A stretch of DNA of 64,000 nucleotides from Candidatus Omnitrophota bacterium (GTDB lineage: Bacteria; Omnitrophota; Gorgyraeia; Gygaellales; Profunditerraquicolaceae): positions 4,721 through 68,720 of the forward strand of contig JAUYDL010000029.1 of the NCBI GenBank assembly GCA_030691865.1, written 5' to 3'. The translations under genes and the position numbers were made by a program. This document shows positions 1-8,535 of the stretch, one piece after another. The notes beneath the pieces were generated by a model. That model was not told the DNA's origin. It ran no database searches and saw nothing but the letters and a program-made list of their open reading frames with translations. The first letter of the stretch is position 1, and each line of letters starts with the position of its first letter.

Positions 1-3000
1 ATCCGTCTGCTGCTGAATAAGAAAATCATAACGTTTCTTTAGTTCATCATACTCTTCAATCGCCACCAGATTAACCGTGCCGTAGGAATCTAACTTCCTC
101 TTTAATTCGCTGATCTCTGCAGATAACGCCTCTTGGTCTAATTCTATAAGCGGCTCTGTTAAAAGGCCTAGATCAACCTTATAAGCCGAAGACATCCTCT
201 CTTTAATCGTGGTATAGCGATAATCCAAATCCTTATCCAGCATCTCTAAATCATGCAGACGGTTCTTTATCTGATCCAATTGTTTACGGTCAGCCTCAAT
301 CTTTTTTACCACCCCGGCCGCGCCGTAAGATACCTCATTATACTTAAGCTCAATTTCCTCCAGGGAAGTTTTTTTCTGCTCTATCTGGATTTGGCCTTGT
401 TTATTCGTATTCTGACATTCCGTAATTTCAACCTTTAAAATCTCCTGGCGCTCTTTGGCCTCGCTAATCTGCCGCTGGATATTTTCCAGGCTCGCCTTAT
501 CCTGCGCATAAGTTTGATCTAGGATCTTTAAAGTTGCCGCATCAGAACTAAAACGCCTATTCAGAGCTTCAATTTCAGTCTTAGTTTGGGTAATAAAAAC
601 TAAAACCTCCTCGCGTAACTTACTATTTAAAGAGATGGCATCCTCTTCTTGCACGATTGCATCCTGCCTTTGCCTCTCTTGATTATTTAAATCCAGAAGC
701 TGATTCTGGGCGCTGTCCAAATTTTGCTGGATAGCAGAAATCTCCCGCGCTACATCAGCCAGCTCCATTACAATCACATCCTCTTCTTCTTTAATTTTGT
801 CAAACTGTTCCGCAATCGCAGTGTGGTGGGATTCTTTGTTAGCCAAAGCAATCTCGTAGTTACGTAACTCCAGCTCCAGGCCCGCAGACATCTTATTTAA
901 TTCCGAAATACAGGCCTGCCGCAGCACCATTCTATTTCTTAACTCACCGAGATTCTCTTTTAGCCTGGCAATCTTTTCATTAATTTTCTGCGTATCTAAT
1001 TCAATGGGCTTAGCCTCTCCGCTTATTTTAAAAGCGGCAGTGCTCAAAGCCAGACGATCCTGTAGACTTAAAGGCAGCTGATTCTGGATCTTTACCACCA
1101 GGCCCGTTAAATTCTCATTAGGCATTTTGTCCAGAAAAATGACGGCATTTGACGACTCGCCGATACCATCATATTTGCTCTTTAATTTCTCTAAAAATTC
1201 TTTATGCGAAACTAAAGTGAGCTTTTCATTTCCCAGGTTCACAATCTCTTTATTAATTTTCTCTAAATTTAACCCCTCCTGCGCAAGGCTTGCCTTGACA
1301 TCAGAAATCCTCTGCTTAAATTCAGCTACTTGCGCTGCCGTATCCTCTAATTCCTGAGTAACTTTGGCTAAAGCCTCTTGGGTAATTACCTTATCCTCAT
1401 AAACCTTGGCCTTTTCTATCCCCAACCTCTTTTTGCGTGCCAGAAAGACCTGATGCTTGGAATTAAAATCTCCGATTTGGTTATTGGTATTAGAAATTGC
1501 GGTTTCTAAATCTAGAATTATTTTTTTACATTCAGCTATTAAGCCAAGGGAATTCTTTATACTGGCGCCCAGCTTATCAATCTCCTCTTGGCTTCCTGCC
1601 AAGCTGGCTTGCTTGACTTCTATATTCTGCTTAAGGTTAGCGTACTCGCCACGAACCTGCTGTAATTTTTCTTCATCCTGAACGAGTTTAGCGGCCGCCT
1701 GGTCAATTTGCCCCTCTAAAACCTGGTTATTCTGCATTAATTCATCAATGTGTTGCTGATTAAAATTGATGTGCTCATTATTACGTACTAAACTATTTTC
1801 CAGATTAAGCATCTGGCTGCGCGCCTCCATCATCGCTTCCCCTAAACTTTTTAGCTCTGACTGACGATTGGCAATTTTTGCCTCTTGCTGGGCAATTAAT
1901 TCTATTAAAGAAGATTCCTCTTTTCCTAAATCCTTCAATTGCCCAACAATCCCATTTTTCTCTTCCAACAAATTCTTCTTATCCAGAGTGGCTAAATCTA
2001 TCTCTTTTAATTTTAATTCTTCAAAAACTTCTTTATACCGACGCGCTTTGTTGGCCTGGCGTTCCAGGGAACCAATCTGACGTTTGACCTCCGCAACAAT
2101 ATCATTTACACGCAAGAGATTCTGCTCTGTCTCATCCAGCTTACGCGTGGTTTCTCTCTTCTGGGCTTTATACTTACTTATTCCGCTGGCTTCATCAAAA
2201 ACCACCCGGCGGTCTTCCGGCCGGGAACTTAACACCAAATCAATTTTCCCCTGGGCAATGATCGAATAACTCTCCGCCCCTACACCTGTACCTAATAACA
2301 AATCCAGGATATCCTTAAGCCGCACAGTTGCTTTATTCAACATATACTCGCTTTCCCCTGATCTAAAAAGCCTGCGGGTAATAAGCACCTCCGGATTGTT
2401 CAGATTAAAAAAACGGCTGGTATTATCAAAAGCCAGGCTTACCTCGGCCATACTTAATGGCTCCTTTTGATCCGTGCCATTAAAGATAACATCCAGCATC
2501 TCAGAGCCACGCAATGATTTTGCGGATTGTTCACCCAAGACCCAACGGATAGAATCAAAAATATTGCTATTATGCACGACAATATCCTGAGCAACAAAAT
2601 TATGGTTACCAAATATTGACAAGTCATAAACCCATTTCGGAGACTTAATTTTCTTTATTCCCACAATCTCATCCCAATAAATATCCGAATTTGCCAGGCG
2701 CTTTAAATACTCAAAAATTGCCTTTGCGGCACCGATAATCTCAGCATGTTCAGATATTATACTTAAAGCTTCAAGCAACCCCTGGCGCGAAGGCAAGCAT
2801 CTATTTTCGTAATAGCTGGCTAACTTAGGTGATAATTTTCTAAATCTTTTAACTTTAAGCCCTGATAATTTGACCAAGATCTTAAAAATAGCGTTAACCT
2901 CAGGGATAAGGTCATGATTTGGATTACTCTTGCCCTGATAACTTCTTATTTGCGCCAATTTATCTGATTTTCTCCCCACAAAACTTAGTTTAGCGGCAAG

Positions 3001-4317
3001 CCTTTTTGTATTTTCATAACCATAAATGTAAACAGAATAGTAAGCTCTCTTTGTTTTCTTCTTCGAATTTGTAGCGGCTTTCATCTTCAGCCTGATTACT
3101 GAATTAACCCCTAACCTGAGTAACAAGCTGCTTAAACCCTGCGCCAGCTCCTTGGAAGCGGTTGAATACTCAAAATATACTGCATCTTTCGTGCAAACGA
3201 ATCCATCGCCTTCAAACAAAGCAGAGATAAAACTCACTACTACATCTTCAGAGCAACCGAATAACTGAGGCGGTATGACCTTTTCTTTTGATACGCTCCC
3301 AACCTTAAAATTAAAAGCTGCCTCAAGAAATTTAGCTAGCGCCGCGGAGAAAATAATTACATCGCTGGTTCCTCCGGTTTTATAATGGAACTCTTTTGCC
3401 TCAACGCCGAATCCGGCTTTCGCGCACCAGATATATTCATCCAGGATAGCCCTCTCTTCATTAACAAACCAAGCCTGGTTACCTTTATTTGACCTTCCTT
3501 CCGCGATTAAATAGCCTAAGAATTTCGCCACCTGAGAGTTAATTTCTGAAGGAATATTTATCCTGCCGCAACTGCGGGATTTCAAGGTTTTGGCAAAATC
3601 CGGGATCTCTTCTGCCTTGCTTTCAGTAAAAATCTGCATAAAATTAGCAACATTCATTGCCTGGCCTGACAATGCGCATTTAACCGCAAGGCTACCCTTT
3701 CCATTACTGCCAACAGCATGCTTTATAATAAATTCAGCAAATTGTTCAGAATAAGGTATATAAAGCAAATCTTCAGCTCTTATACTTTTGTAAATATGCA
3801 TTAAATCAAGCTTGTTATTTGTTTGGATATTTGGTAATTGACGCGGAACAGAAATTCTTAACCCCTTGCTTAATTCTTCAGCTTTAAGCTCAACCAAACT
3901 TCCATTTTTAATCGTAAAAAACGGATGGTAATGCGTAGTGGTAACTTTTTTCCCTGAGCGAGTCTGAATCTCAAGCAAATAATCCGGTGCTTCTTTTTTT
4001 ACAAAAGCAAAAACCGGTTTTGGCTCAAGTTTAAAAGTTTCAGGATTTAAAGAAAGTACGCGGACATTCAAAGGGTTTTCAAAAGAGGTATAGCCGTCTG
4101 TATTCTTTTCAACGCGAGATGCTCTTTCAATTGTCTCTTCAACAAGCTCTCCGATTTTAACCTGCAAGCCATTATCCAAAGTAACCAGTGAATCATACTG
4201 CAGGCACTTCCCGCAGCCATTTGGGCCGACTACCGCCGTAATCCCCGGTTCAAAGTTAATGGTAGTCTTATCGCAAAATGATTTAAAACCAATAAGCTCT
4301 AATCTTTTAAAATACAT
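1..4317 (-). CDS. smc: Chromosome segregation protein SMC, intein-containing, 3'-truncated by the window edge
   Basis: Manual translation from ATG 4317: MYFKRLELIGFKSFCDKTTINFEPGITAVVGPNGCGK|intein|SNIFDSIRWVLGEQSAKSLRG...YSIIAQGKID...RRVVFDEASGISKYK, long coiled coils, and GTVNLVAIEEY near position 1 in the same frame. No stop in the window, which explains its absence from the ORF track. Frame spot-checked, not every codon. Confidence 0.95.
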   Translation of the reverse strand, partial: MYFKRLELIGFKSFCDKTTINFEPGITAVVGPNGCGKCLQYDSLVTLDNGLQVKIGELVEETIERASRVEKNTDGYTSFENPLNVRVLSLNPETFKLEPKPVFAFVKKEAPDYLLEIQTRSGKKVTTTHYHPFFTIKNGSLVELKAEELSKGLRISVPRQLPNIQTNNKLDLMHIYKSIRAEDLLYIPYSEQFAEFIIKHAVGSNGKGSLAVKCALSGQAMNVANFMQIFTESKAEEIPDFAKTLKSRSCGRINIPSEINSQVAKFLGYLIAEGRSNKGNQAWFVNEERAILDEYIWCAKAGFGVEAKEFHYKTGGTSDVIIFSAALAKFLEAAFNFKVGSVSKEKVIPPQLFGCSEDVVVSFISALFEGDGFVCTKDAVYFEYSTASKELAQGLSSLLLRLGVNSVIRLKMKAATNSKKKTKRAYYSVYIYGYENTKRLAAKLSFVGRKSDKLAQIRSYQGKSNPNHDLIPEVNAIFKILVKLSGLKVKRFRKLSPKLASYYENRCLPSRQGLLEALSIISEHAEIIGAAKAIFEYLKRLANSDIYWDEIVGIKKIKSPKWVYDLSIFGNHNFVAQDIVVHNSNIFDSIRWVLGEQSAKSLRGSEMLDVIFNGTDQKEPLSMAEVSLAFDNTSRFFNLNNPEVLITRRLFRSGESEYMLNKATVRLKDILDLLLGTGVGAESYSIIAQGKIDLVLSSRPEDRRVVFDEASGISKYKAQKRETTRKLDETEQNLLRVNDIVAEVKRQIGSLERQANKARRYKEVFEELKLKEIDLATLDKKNLLEEKNGIVGQLKDLGKEESSLIELIAQQEAKIANRQSELKSLGEAMMEARSQMLNLENSLVRNNEHINFNQQHIDELMQNNQVLEGQIDQAAAKLVQDEEKLQQVRGEYANLKQNIEVKQASLAGSQEEIDKLGASIKNSLGLIAECKKIILDLETAISNTNNQIGDFNSKHQVFLARKKRLGIEKAKVYEDKVITQEALAKVTQELEDTAAQVAEFKQRISDVKASLAQEGLNLEKINKEIVNLGNEKLTLVSHKEFLEKLKSKYDGIGESSNAVIFLDKMPNENLTGLVVKIQNQLPLSLQDRLALSTAAFKISGEAKPIELDTQKINEKIARLKENLGELRNRMVLRQACISELNKMSAGLELELRNYEIALANKESHHTAIAEQFDKIKEEEDVIVMELADVAREISAIQQNLDSAQNQLLDLNNQERQRQDAIVQEEDAISLNSKLREEVLVFITQTKTEIEALNRRFSSDAATLKILDQTYAQDKASLENIQRQISEAKERQEILKVEITECQNTNKQGQIQIEQKKTSLEEIELKYNEVSYGAAGVVKKIEADRKQLDQIKNRLHDLEMLDKDLDYRYTTIKERMSSAYKVDLGLLTEPLIELDQEALSAEISELKRKLDSYGTVNLVAIEEYDELKKRYDFLIQQQTD
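2569..4206 (-). mobile_element. Intein (546 aa) with LAGLIDADG homing endonuclease, inserted in the SMC Walker A motif
   Basis: Starts CLQYDSLVTL, block B TTTHYHPFF, endonuclease motifs AKFLGYLIAEG and FISALFEGDG, ends VYDLSIFGNHNFVAQDIVVHN followed by Ser+1. 1638 nt, in frame. Confidence 0.95.
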
Positions 4318-4330
4318 GTTTTTAATCCTC

Positions 4331-4516
4331 CTAATGTGGTTGCGACTGCTGTCCGTCAAGCCAATCATCAATTTTATCTTTTTTAAAACGCCATTGCCCG
4401 ACCAGCTTTAGCGCAGGTATCTTATTATGCTTTAACCAGTCATAAATAGTCCGACGGGTAACCTTTAAATAATCCGCCAGATCTTCTATAGTCATTAAAT
4501 TACTATTTACCATCAT
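4331..4516 (-). CDS. Excisionase-like helix-turn-helix (HTH_17) DNA-binding protein
   Basis: LMTIEDLADYLKVTRRTIYDWLK...IPALKLVGQWRF pattern; RBS upstream; ends 13 nt before the smc start. Confidence 0.85.
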   Translation of the reverse strand: MMVNSNLMTIEDLADYLKVTRRTIYDWLKHNKIPALKLVGQWRFKKDKIDDWLDGQQSQPH

Positions 4517-4550
4517 ACTCTCCGAAAGACCTCCTGAATTTTATGTTTGC

Positions 4551-4579
4551 ATTATAAACAAAAGAATAATTTTTGTCAA
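4551..4579 (-). promoter_or_regulatory. Consensus sigma70 promoter for the HTH-smc unit
   Basis: TTGACA (4579-4574), 17-nt spacer, TATAAT (4556-4551) on the minus strand. Confidence 0.75.
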
Positions 4580-4726
4580 GGAGAATCTTTACATTCTTTA
4601 ACATATGGATACAAATAAGTGCAATATAAGGCAGATTCCTGCAAAACATATCATTGAGCAGTGTAGACAGTGTACGTAACCCTATATTCATCAGTTAGTT
4701 CTGTAAGAAATACTATTCTAAATAAA

Positions 4727-4780
4727 GGGGACGGTTCTATTTTTTGAAACAAAAAATGAGCAAAAAATAGAACCGTCCCC
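4727..4780. repeat. REP-like palindrome family A (GGGGACGGTTCT...AGAACCGTCCCC), copy 1
   Basis: Inverted arms seen directly; just downstream of the etfA stop. Confidence 0.9.
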
Positions 4781-4788
4781 ATTATTTT

Positions 4789-5991
4789 TTATTTACGGAA
4801 AGCTACTTTGAAAGCTTGAGTTAAAGCAGGAATGACCTGAAAAAGATCACCGACAATCCCATAAGTGGCTACCTTAAAAATCGGGGCTTCGGGATCTTTA
4901 TTAATCGCCACAATAATCTTTGAGGATTGCATGCCTACAAGATGTTGAATCTGGCCGCTTATTCCGCAGGCAAAATAAATCTTAGGGCCCACCGTGCGTC
5001 CGGTCTGGCCGACCTGATGTGAATAAGGTATCCATCCGGCGTCAACTGCCGCGCGGCTGGAACCAATTGCTGCCCCTAAAACATGGGCCAAATCTTCTAA
5101 TAGTTTAAAATTTTCCGGCCCACCCATTCCGCGGCCTCCGGAAACAATAATATCTGCTTCGGATAAATTTACCGTAGACTCAATCTCTTCAATAATATCT
5201 AAGAGCTTAGTCCGCGAAAAATAAAGCGCTTGATCAAAACTTTCTTTAATAATTTTCCCCTTTCGTTTTTTATCCGCTGCCATCGGCGCAAATACTTTAT
5301 GCCTGACGGTAGCCATTTGCGGACGGTAAATCGGAGAAATAATTGTCGCCATGATATTGCCGCCGAAAGCCGGGCGTGTCTGCAATAAAATCTTTTTATC
5401 CGGGTCAATATCCAGGCCCGTACAGTCTGCGGTTAAGCCGGCTTTGATATTGATCGCCACGCGCGAAATCAGGGATCGGCCGATATTGGTGGCACCACAC
5501 AAGAAAATCTCAGGCTTATACTTCTTGACCAACTCCACTAAAATATTAGTATAGGGCTCATCCTGAAAATTGGCTAGCTCTGGAGCTTCCACCAGATAAA
5601 TATTATCCGCTCCGCAAAAAATCAGCTCATCTAACTGGTCTTCTAATTTATTGCCAATCAGAACTCCGCTGACGTTAGTATTTAATTTTTTCGCCAACTC
5701 CTGGGCCTTGCCTAATAATTCGTACGAAACCGATTGCACCCGGCTATTTTTCTGCTCGATAAAAACCCAAATTCCCCTATAATCTTCTACACAGGAATTT
5801 GGTGCTGCCGTCTCTAACTTCTCTAGCAGCACCGCGTTAAATATACAGGCATCTTGGCAAGCGCCGCAAAGAGTACATTTTTGTAAATCAATTACCGCCT
5901 TCTTGTCCATCATTCGGATGGCATCAAACGGGCAGGCCTTTACGCAAAGAGTGCAACCCGTACATTTCTCAATAATAATGGAAATCGGCAT
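4789..5991 (-). CDS. etfA: Electron transfer flavoprotein alpha subunit with N-terminal 2x[4Fe-4S] ferredoxin domain
   Basis: CTGCTLCVKACP and CTLCGACQDAC motifs, then ETF-alpha signatures VSGGRG, QVGQTG, GISGQIQH. Confidence 0.93.
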   Translation of the reverse strand: MPISIIIEKCTGCTLCVKACPFDAIRMMDKKAVIDLQKCTLCGACQDACIFNAVLLEKLETAAPNSCVEDYRGIWVFIEQKNSRVQSVSYELLGKAQELAKKLNTNVSGVLIGNKLEDQLDELIFCGADNIYLVEAPELANFQDEPYTNILVELVKKYKPEIFLCGATNIGRSLISRVAINIKAGLTADCTGLDIDPDKKILLQTRPAFGGNIMATIISPIYRPQMATVRHKVFAPMAADKKRKGKIIKESFDQALYFSRTKLLDIIEEIESTVNLSEADIIVSGGRGMGGPENFKLLEDLAHVLGAAIGSSRAAVDAGWIPYSHQVGQTGRTVGPKIYFACGISGQIQHLVGMQSSKIIVAINKDPEAPIFKVATYGIVGDLFQVIPALTQAFKVAFRK

Positions 5992-5993
5992 CT

Positions 5994-6776
5994 TTAATTA
6001 ACCTCGTCTTTGATCAACTCCACCAGCTGCTTAGTAATATCAGAAATCTCGCCCTTAAGTATCTGGCCACCGACTCTGGGCGTAGGAGTAAAAATTTTTA
6101 CAACCTGAGTAGGCGAACCACACAGCCCAATCTGTTGCGGGTCTAACCGTAACTCCTTTTGGGTAAGCGTAGTAATCTTAGCCGACTTTGCGCGCATTAA
6201 ACCTCTTAATGAAGGAATCCTGGGTTCATTAATCTCTTTGACTACGGTCAAAAGCGCAGGAAGCGAAGTCTGGATAATTTCAAAGCCTTCTTCCATCATC
6301 CTCTCTACACGCATTATCTTATCGGTTGCTTCTTCTATTTTCTTGACATAAGTTACCTGCGGGATATTCAAATGCGTGGATATTCCCGGACCAACCTGCG
6401 CTGTATCTCCGTCTGAAGCCTGCTTGCCGCAAATAATCAAATCAAACTCGCCCAGTTTTTTAATCGCGCCGGCCAAAGTATAGCTGGTTGCCCAGGTATC
6501 ACTTCCGGCAAAAGCACGGTCACAAACTAAATATCCTTCATCAGCCCCCAGGGAAATTGCTTCGCGCAAAGCGCTATCCGCTTGCGGCGGCCCCATTGTC
6601 AGAACAGAAACCTTACCCCCGAATCTTTCCTTAAGCCGGATAGCCTCTTCAATGGCATACATATCAAAAGGATTGATAATCGACTTAACCCCTTCGCGTA
6701 TCAGCGTATTGGTTTCAGGATTGATTCTTACTTCGGTAGTCTCAGGAACTTGTTTGATACAAACGATAATATGCAT
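5994..6776 (-). CDS. etfB: Electron transfer flavoprotein beta subunit
   Basis: CIKQVP, INPFD, FAGSDTWATS, GKQASDGDTAQVGPG. Confidence 0.95.
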   Translation of the reverse strand: MHIIVCIKQVPETTEVRINPETNTLIREGVKSIINPFDMYAIEEAIRLKERFGGKVSVLTMGPPQADSALREAISLGADEGYLVCDRAFAGSDTWATSYTLAGAIKKLGEFDLIICGKQASDGDTAQVGPGISTHLNIPQVTYVKKIEEATDKIMRVERMMEEGFEIIQTSLPALLTVVKEINEPRIPSLRGLMRAKSAKITTLTQKELRLDPQQIGLCGSPTQVVKIFTPTPRVGGQILKGEISDITKQLVELIKDEVN

Positions 6777-6795
6777 AGATCCTTCGTCGTTCTTC

Positions 6796-6829
6796 GGGGA
6801 CGGTTCTCTTAAAAAAGAGAACCGTCCCC
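6796..6829. repeat. REP-like palindrome family A, copy 2 (short)
   Basis: ggggacggttctctt-aaaa-aagagaaccgtcccc. Confidence 0.9.
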
Positions 6830-6834
6830 TGATT

Positions 6835-7986
6835 TTATTTAACCATCTCCTTAATCAACTTCAAGGCAATAATCCCGCGTTGCACCTGATTGGTACCCTC
6901 ATAAATCTGGGTAATTTTAGCATCCCGCACATATTTTTCAATCGGATAATCCTTCATGTAACCATAACCGCCGAATAACTGCAAGGCATCCACCGTAACC
7001 TTCATCGCCACATCCGAAGCATACATCTTAGCCATGGCTGATTCTTTAGCCACATCCTTGACTCCGGCATCCACCATTCTAGCAGTAGCATAAACTAAAC
7101 CGCGCGCTGCCTCAACTTCCGTAGCCATATCCGCCAGCATCCATTGAATCCCCTGGAAACTAGAGATAGGTTTACCAAACTGCACTCTTTCATGCACATA
7201 TTTAACCGCCAGTTCCAGAGCTCCTTGAGCAATACCTAATGCCTGGGCAGCTACTCCAGGCCGCGACATATCAAAAGTCCTCATGGTAACAATAAAACCC
7301 ATCCCTTCCTTAGCCAATAAATTTTCCGCAGGAATTTTACAATCCGTAAAAATTAACTCTCGTGTACTTGATGCGCGGATTCCGAATTTATCTTCTTTTT
7401 TGCCAAAACCAAAACCCGGGGTGCCCTTTTCTACGATAAACGCCGAAGCCCCGCGCGCCCCTTTGTTCTTATCCGTCATGGCAATGACCACGTAAGTCTC
7501 AGCATCGCCACCATTGGTAATAAAATGCTTTAAACCATTTAGAATATAATGGTCACCTACTTTTTTAGCGGTAGTCTTAATTGCTGAAGCGTCGCTTCCG
7601 GCTTCCGGTTCAGTAATAGCAAAAGCCGCAACTTTTTTACCACTAGCTAAAGCCGGCAAATATTTTTTCTTCTGTTCAACGGTACCGAATAGGACAATCG
7701 GAAACGTTCCCAAAGCACTAGCAGCATAGCAGACCGCAATACCACCGCAAGCGCGAGAAAATTCTTCAGTGGCTAAACATAAGTTAAATACGCTAGTCGC
7801 AAATCCGCCATACTCCTGGGGAACAAACAGGCCGAACATATCCGACTCAGCCATCACCTTCAACACCTCCCAGGGGTATTCTTCGCTGATATCATATTTA
7901 GCCGCAACCGGACGAATCTTCTCTTCGGCGATCTTATGCGCCAAATCCTTGATCATTTTCTGTTCTTCAGTCAACAAATAATCCAT
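6835..7986 (-). CDS. Acyl-CoA dehydrogenase (butyryl-CoA dehydrogenase-like)
   Basis: FAITEPEAGSDA, KHFITNG, GGYGYMKDYPIEKYVRDAKITQIYEGTN. Confidence 0.93.
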   Translation of the reverse strand: MDYLLTEEQKMIKDLAHKIAEEKIRPVAAKYDISEEYPWEVLKVMAESDMFGLFVPQEYGGFATSVFNLCLATEEFSRACGGIAVCYAASALGTFPIVLFGTVEQKKKYLPALASGKKVAAFAITEPEAGSDASAIKTTAKKVGDHYILNGLKHFITNGGDAETYVVIAMTDKNKGARGASAFIVEKGTPGFGFGKKEDKFGIRASSTRELIFTDCKIPAENLLAKEGMGFIVTMRTFDMSRPGVAAQALGIAQGALELAVKYVHERVQFGKPISSFQGIQWMLADMATEVEAARGLVYATARMVDAGVKDVAKESAMAKMYASDVAMKVTVDALQLFGGYGYMKDYPIEKYVRDAKITQIYEGTNQVQRGIIALKLIKEMVK

Positions 7987-8001
7987 CTCTCCTCCTCATT
8001 G

Positions 8002-8063
8002 TTAAACCCTAAATTCTAAACTCTTCCCGCTAAAGCAGGAAGGGTTTCGAGTTTAGGGTTTAA
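8002..8063. repeat. Imperfect long inverted repeat built from heptamer-like units
   Basis: ttaaaccctaaattctaaactcttcccgc-taaa-gcaggaagggtttcgagtttagggtttaa. Confidence 0.7.
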
Positions 8064-8085
8064 ATTTTAACATATAAATTTGTTT

Positions 8086-8535
8086 TTACAAGGATTTTAA
8101 CAGCGCAATCTCTTGGCAGTTGGGGAATTTACAACAGTTAATGCACTCCGCCCAAATCTTATGCGGGAGAGCCTCATGCTTAATCTTTTTAAAACCTATT
8201 TTTTTAAAAAAATCCGGCTTATAAGTGAGCACAAAGATCTTTTTTGCCCCCATCAGGCGAGCTTCGGCAAGACAGGCCGAAACCAAATCATGCCCCAAAC
8301 CCTTTCCTTGCTTATTTTTAGCAACGGCTAAAGACTTAATCTCCGCTAAATCATCCCAGGAAATATGCAAGGCAGCGCAGCCGGATATCTTGCCCCTATC
8401 TTCATAAACCCAAAAATCGCGGATATTCTCATAAAGCTCATTGAGCGAACGCGGCAACATCACATCCTGCTTGGCAAAATAGCCAATCAGCTCTTGAATT
8501 TGTTTAATATCTTTTATTCTGGCTTTTCGGATCAT
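8086..8535 (-). CDS. argA: GNAT N-acetyltransferase, probable short-form N-acetylglutamate synthase
   Basis: MLPRSLNELYENIRDF, AEIKSLAV, LPHKIWAECINCCKFPNCQE. Confidence 0.7.
   Translation of the reverse strand: MIRKARIKDIKQIQELIGYFAKQDVMLPRSLNELYENIRDFWVYEDRGKISGCAALHISWDDLAEIKSLAVAKNKQGKGLGHDLVSACLAEARLMGAKKIFVLTYKPDFFKKIGFKKIKHEALPHKIWAECINCCKFPNCQEIALLKSL

Noticed and set aside
253-2269. Short plus-strand ORFs in the first 2.3 kb
   Set aside because: Antisense shadows of smc, which occupies the minus strand; no motifs.
4503-4691. 62-aa minus-strand ORF upstream of the HTH gene
   Set aside because: Overlaps the consensus promoter; no RBS or recognisable motif.
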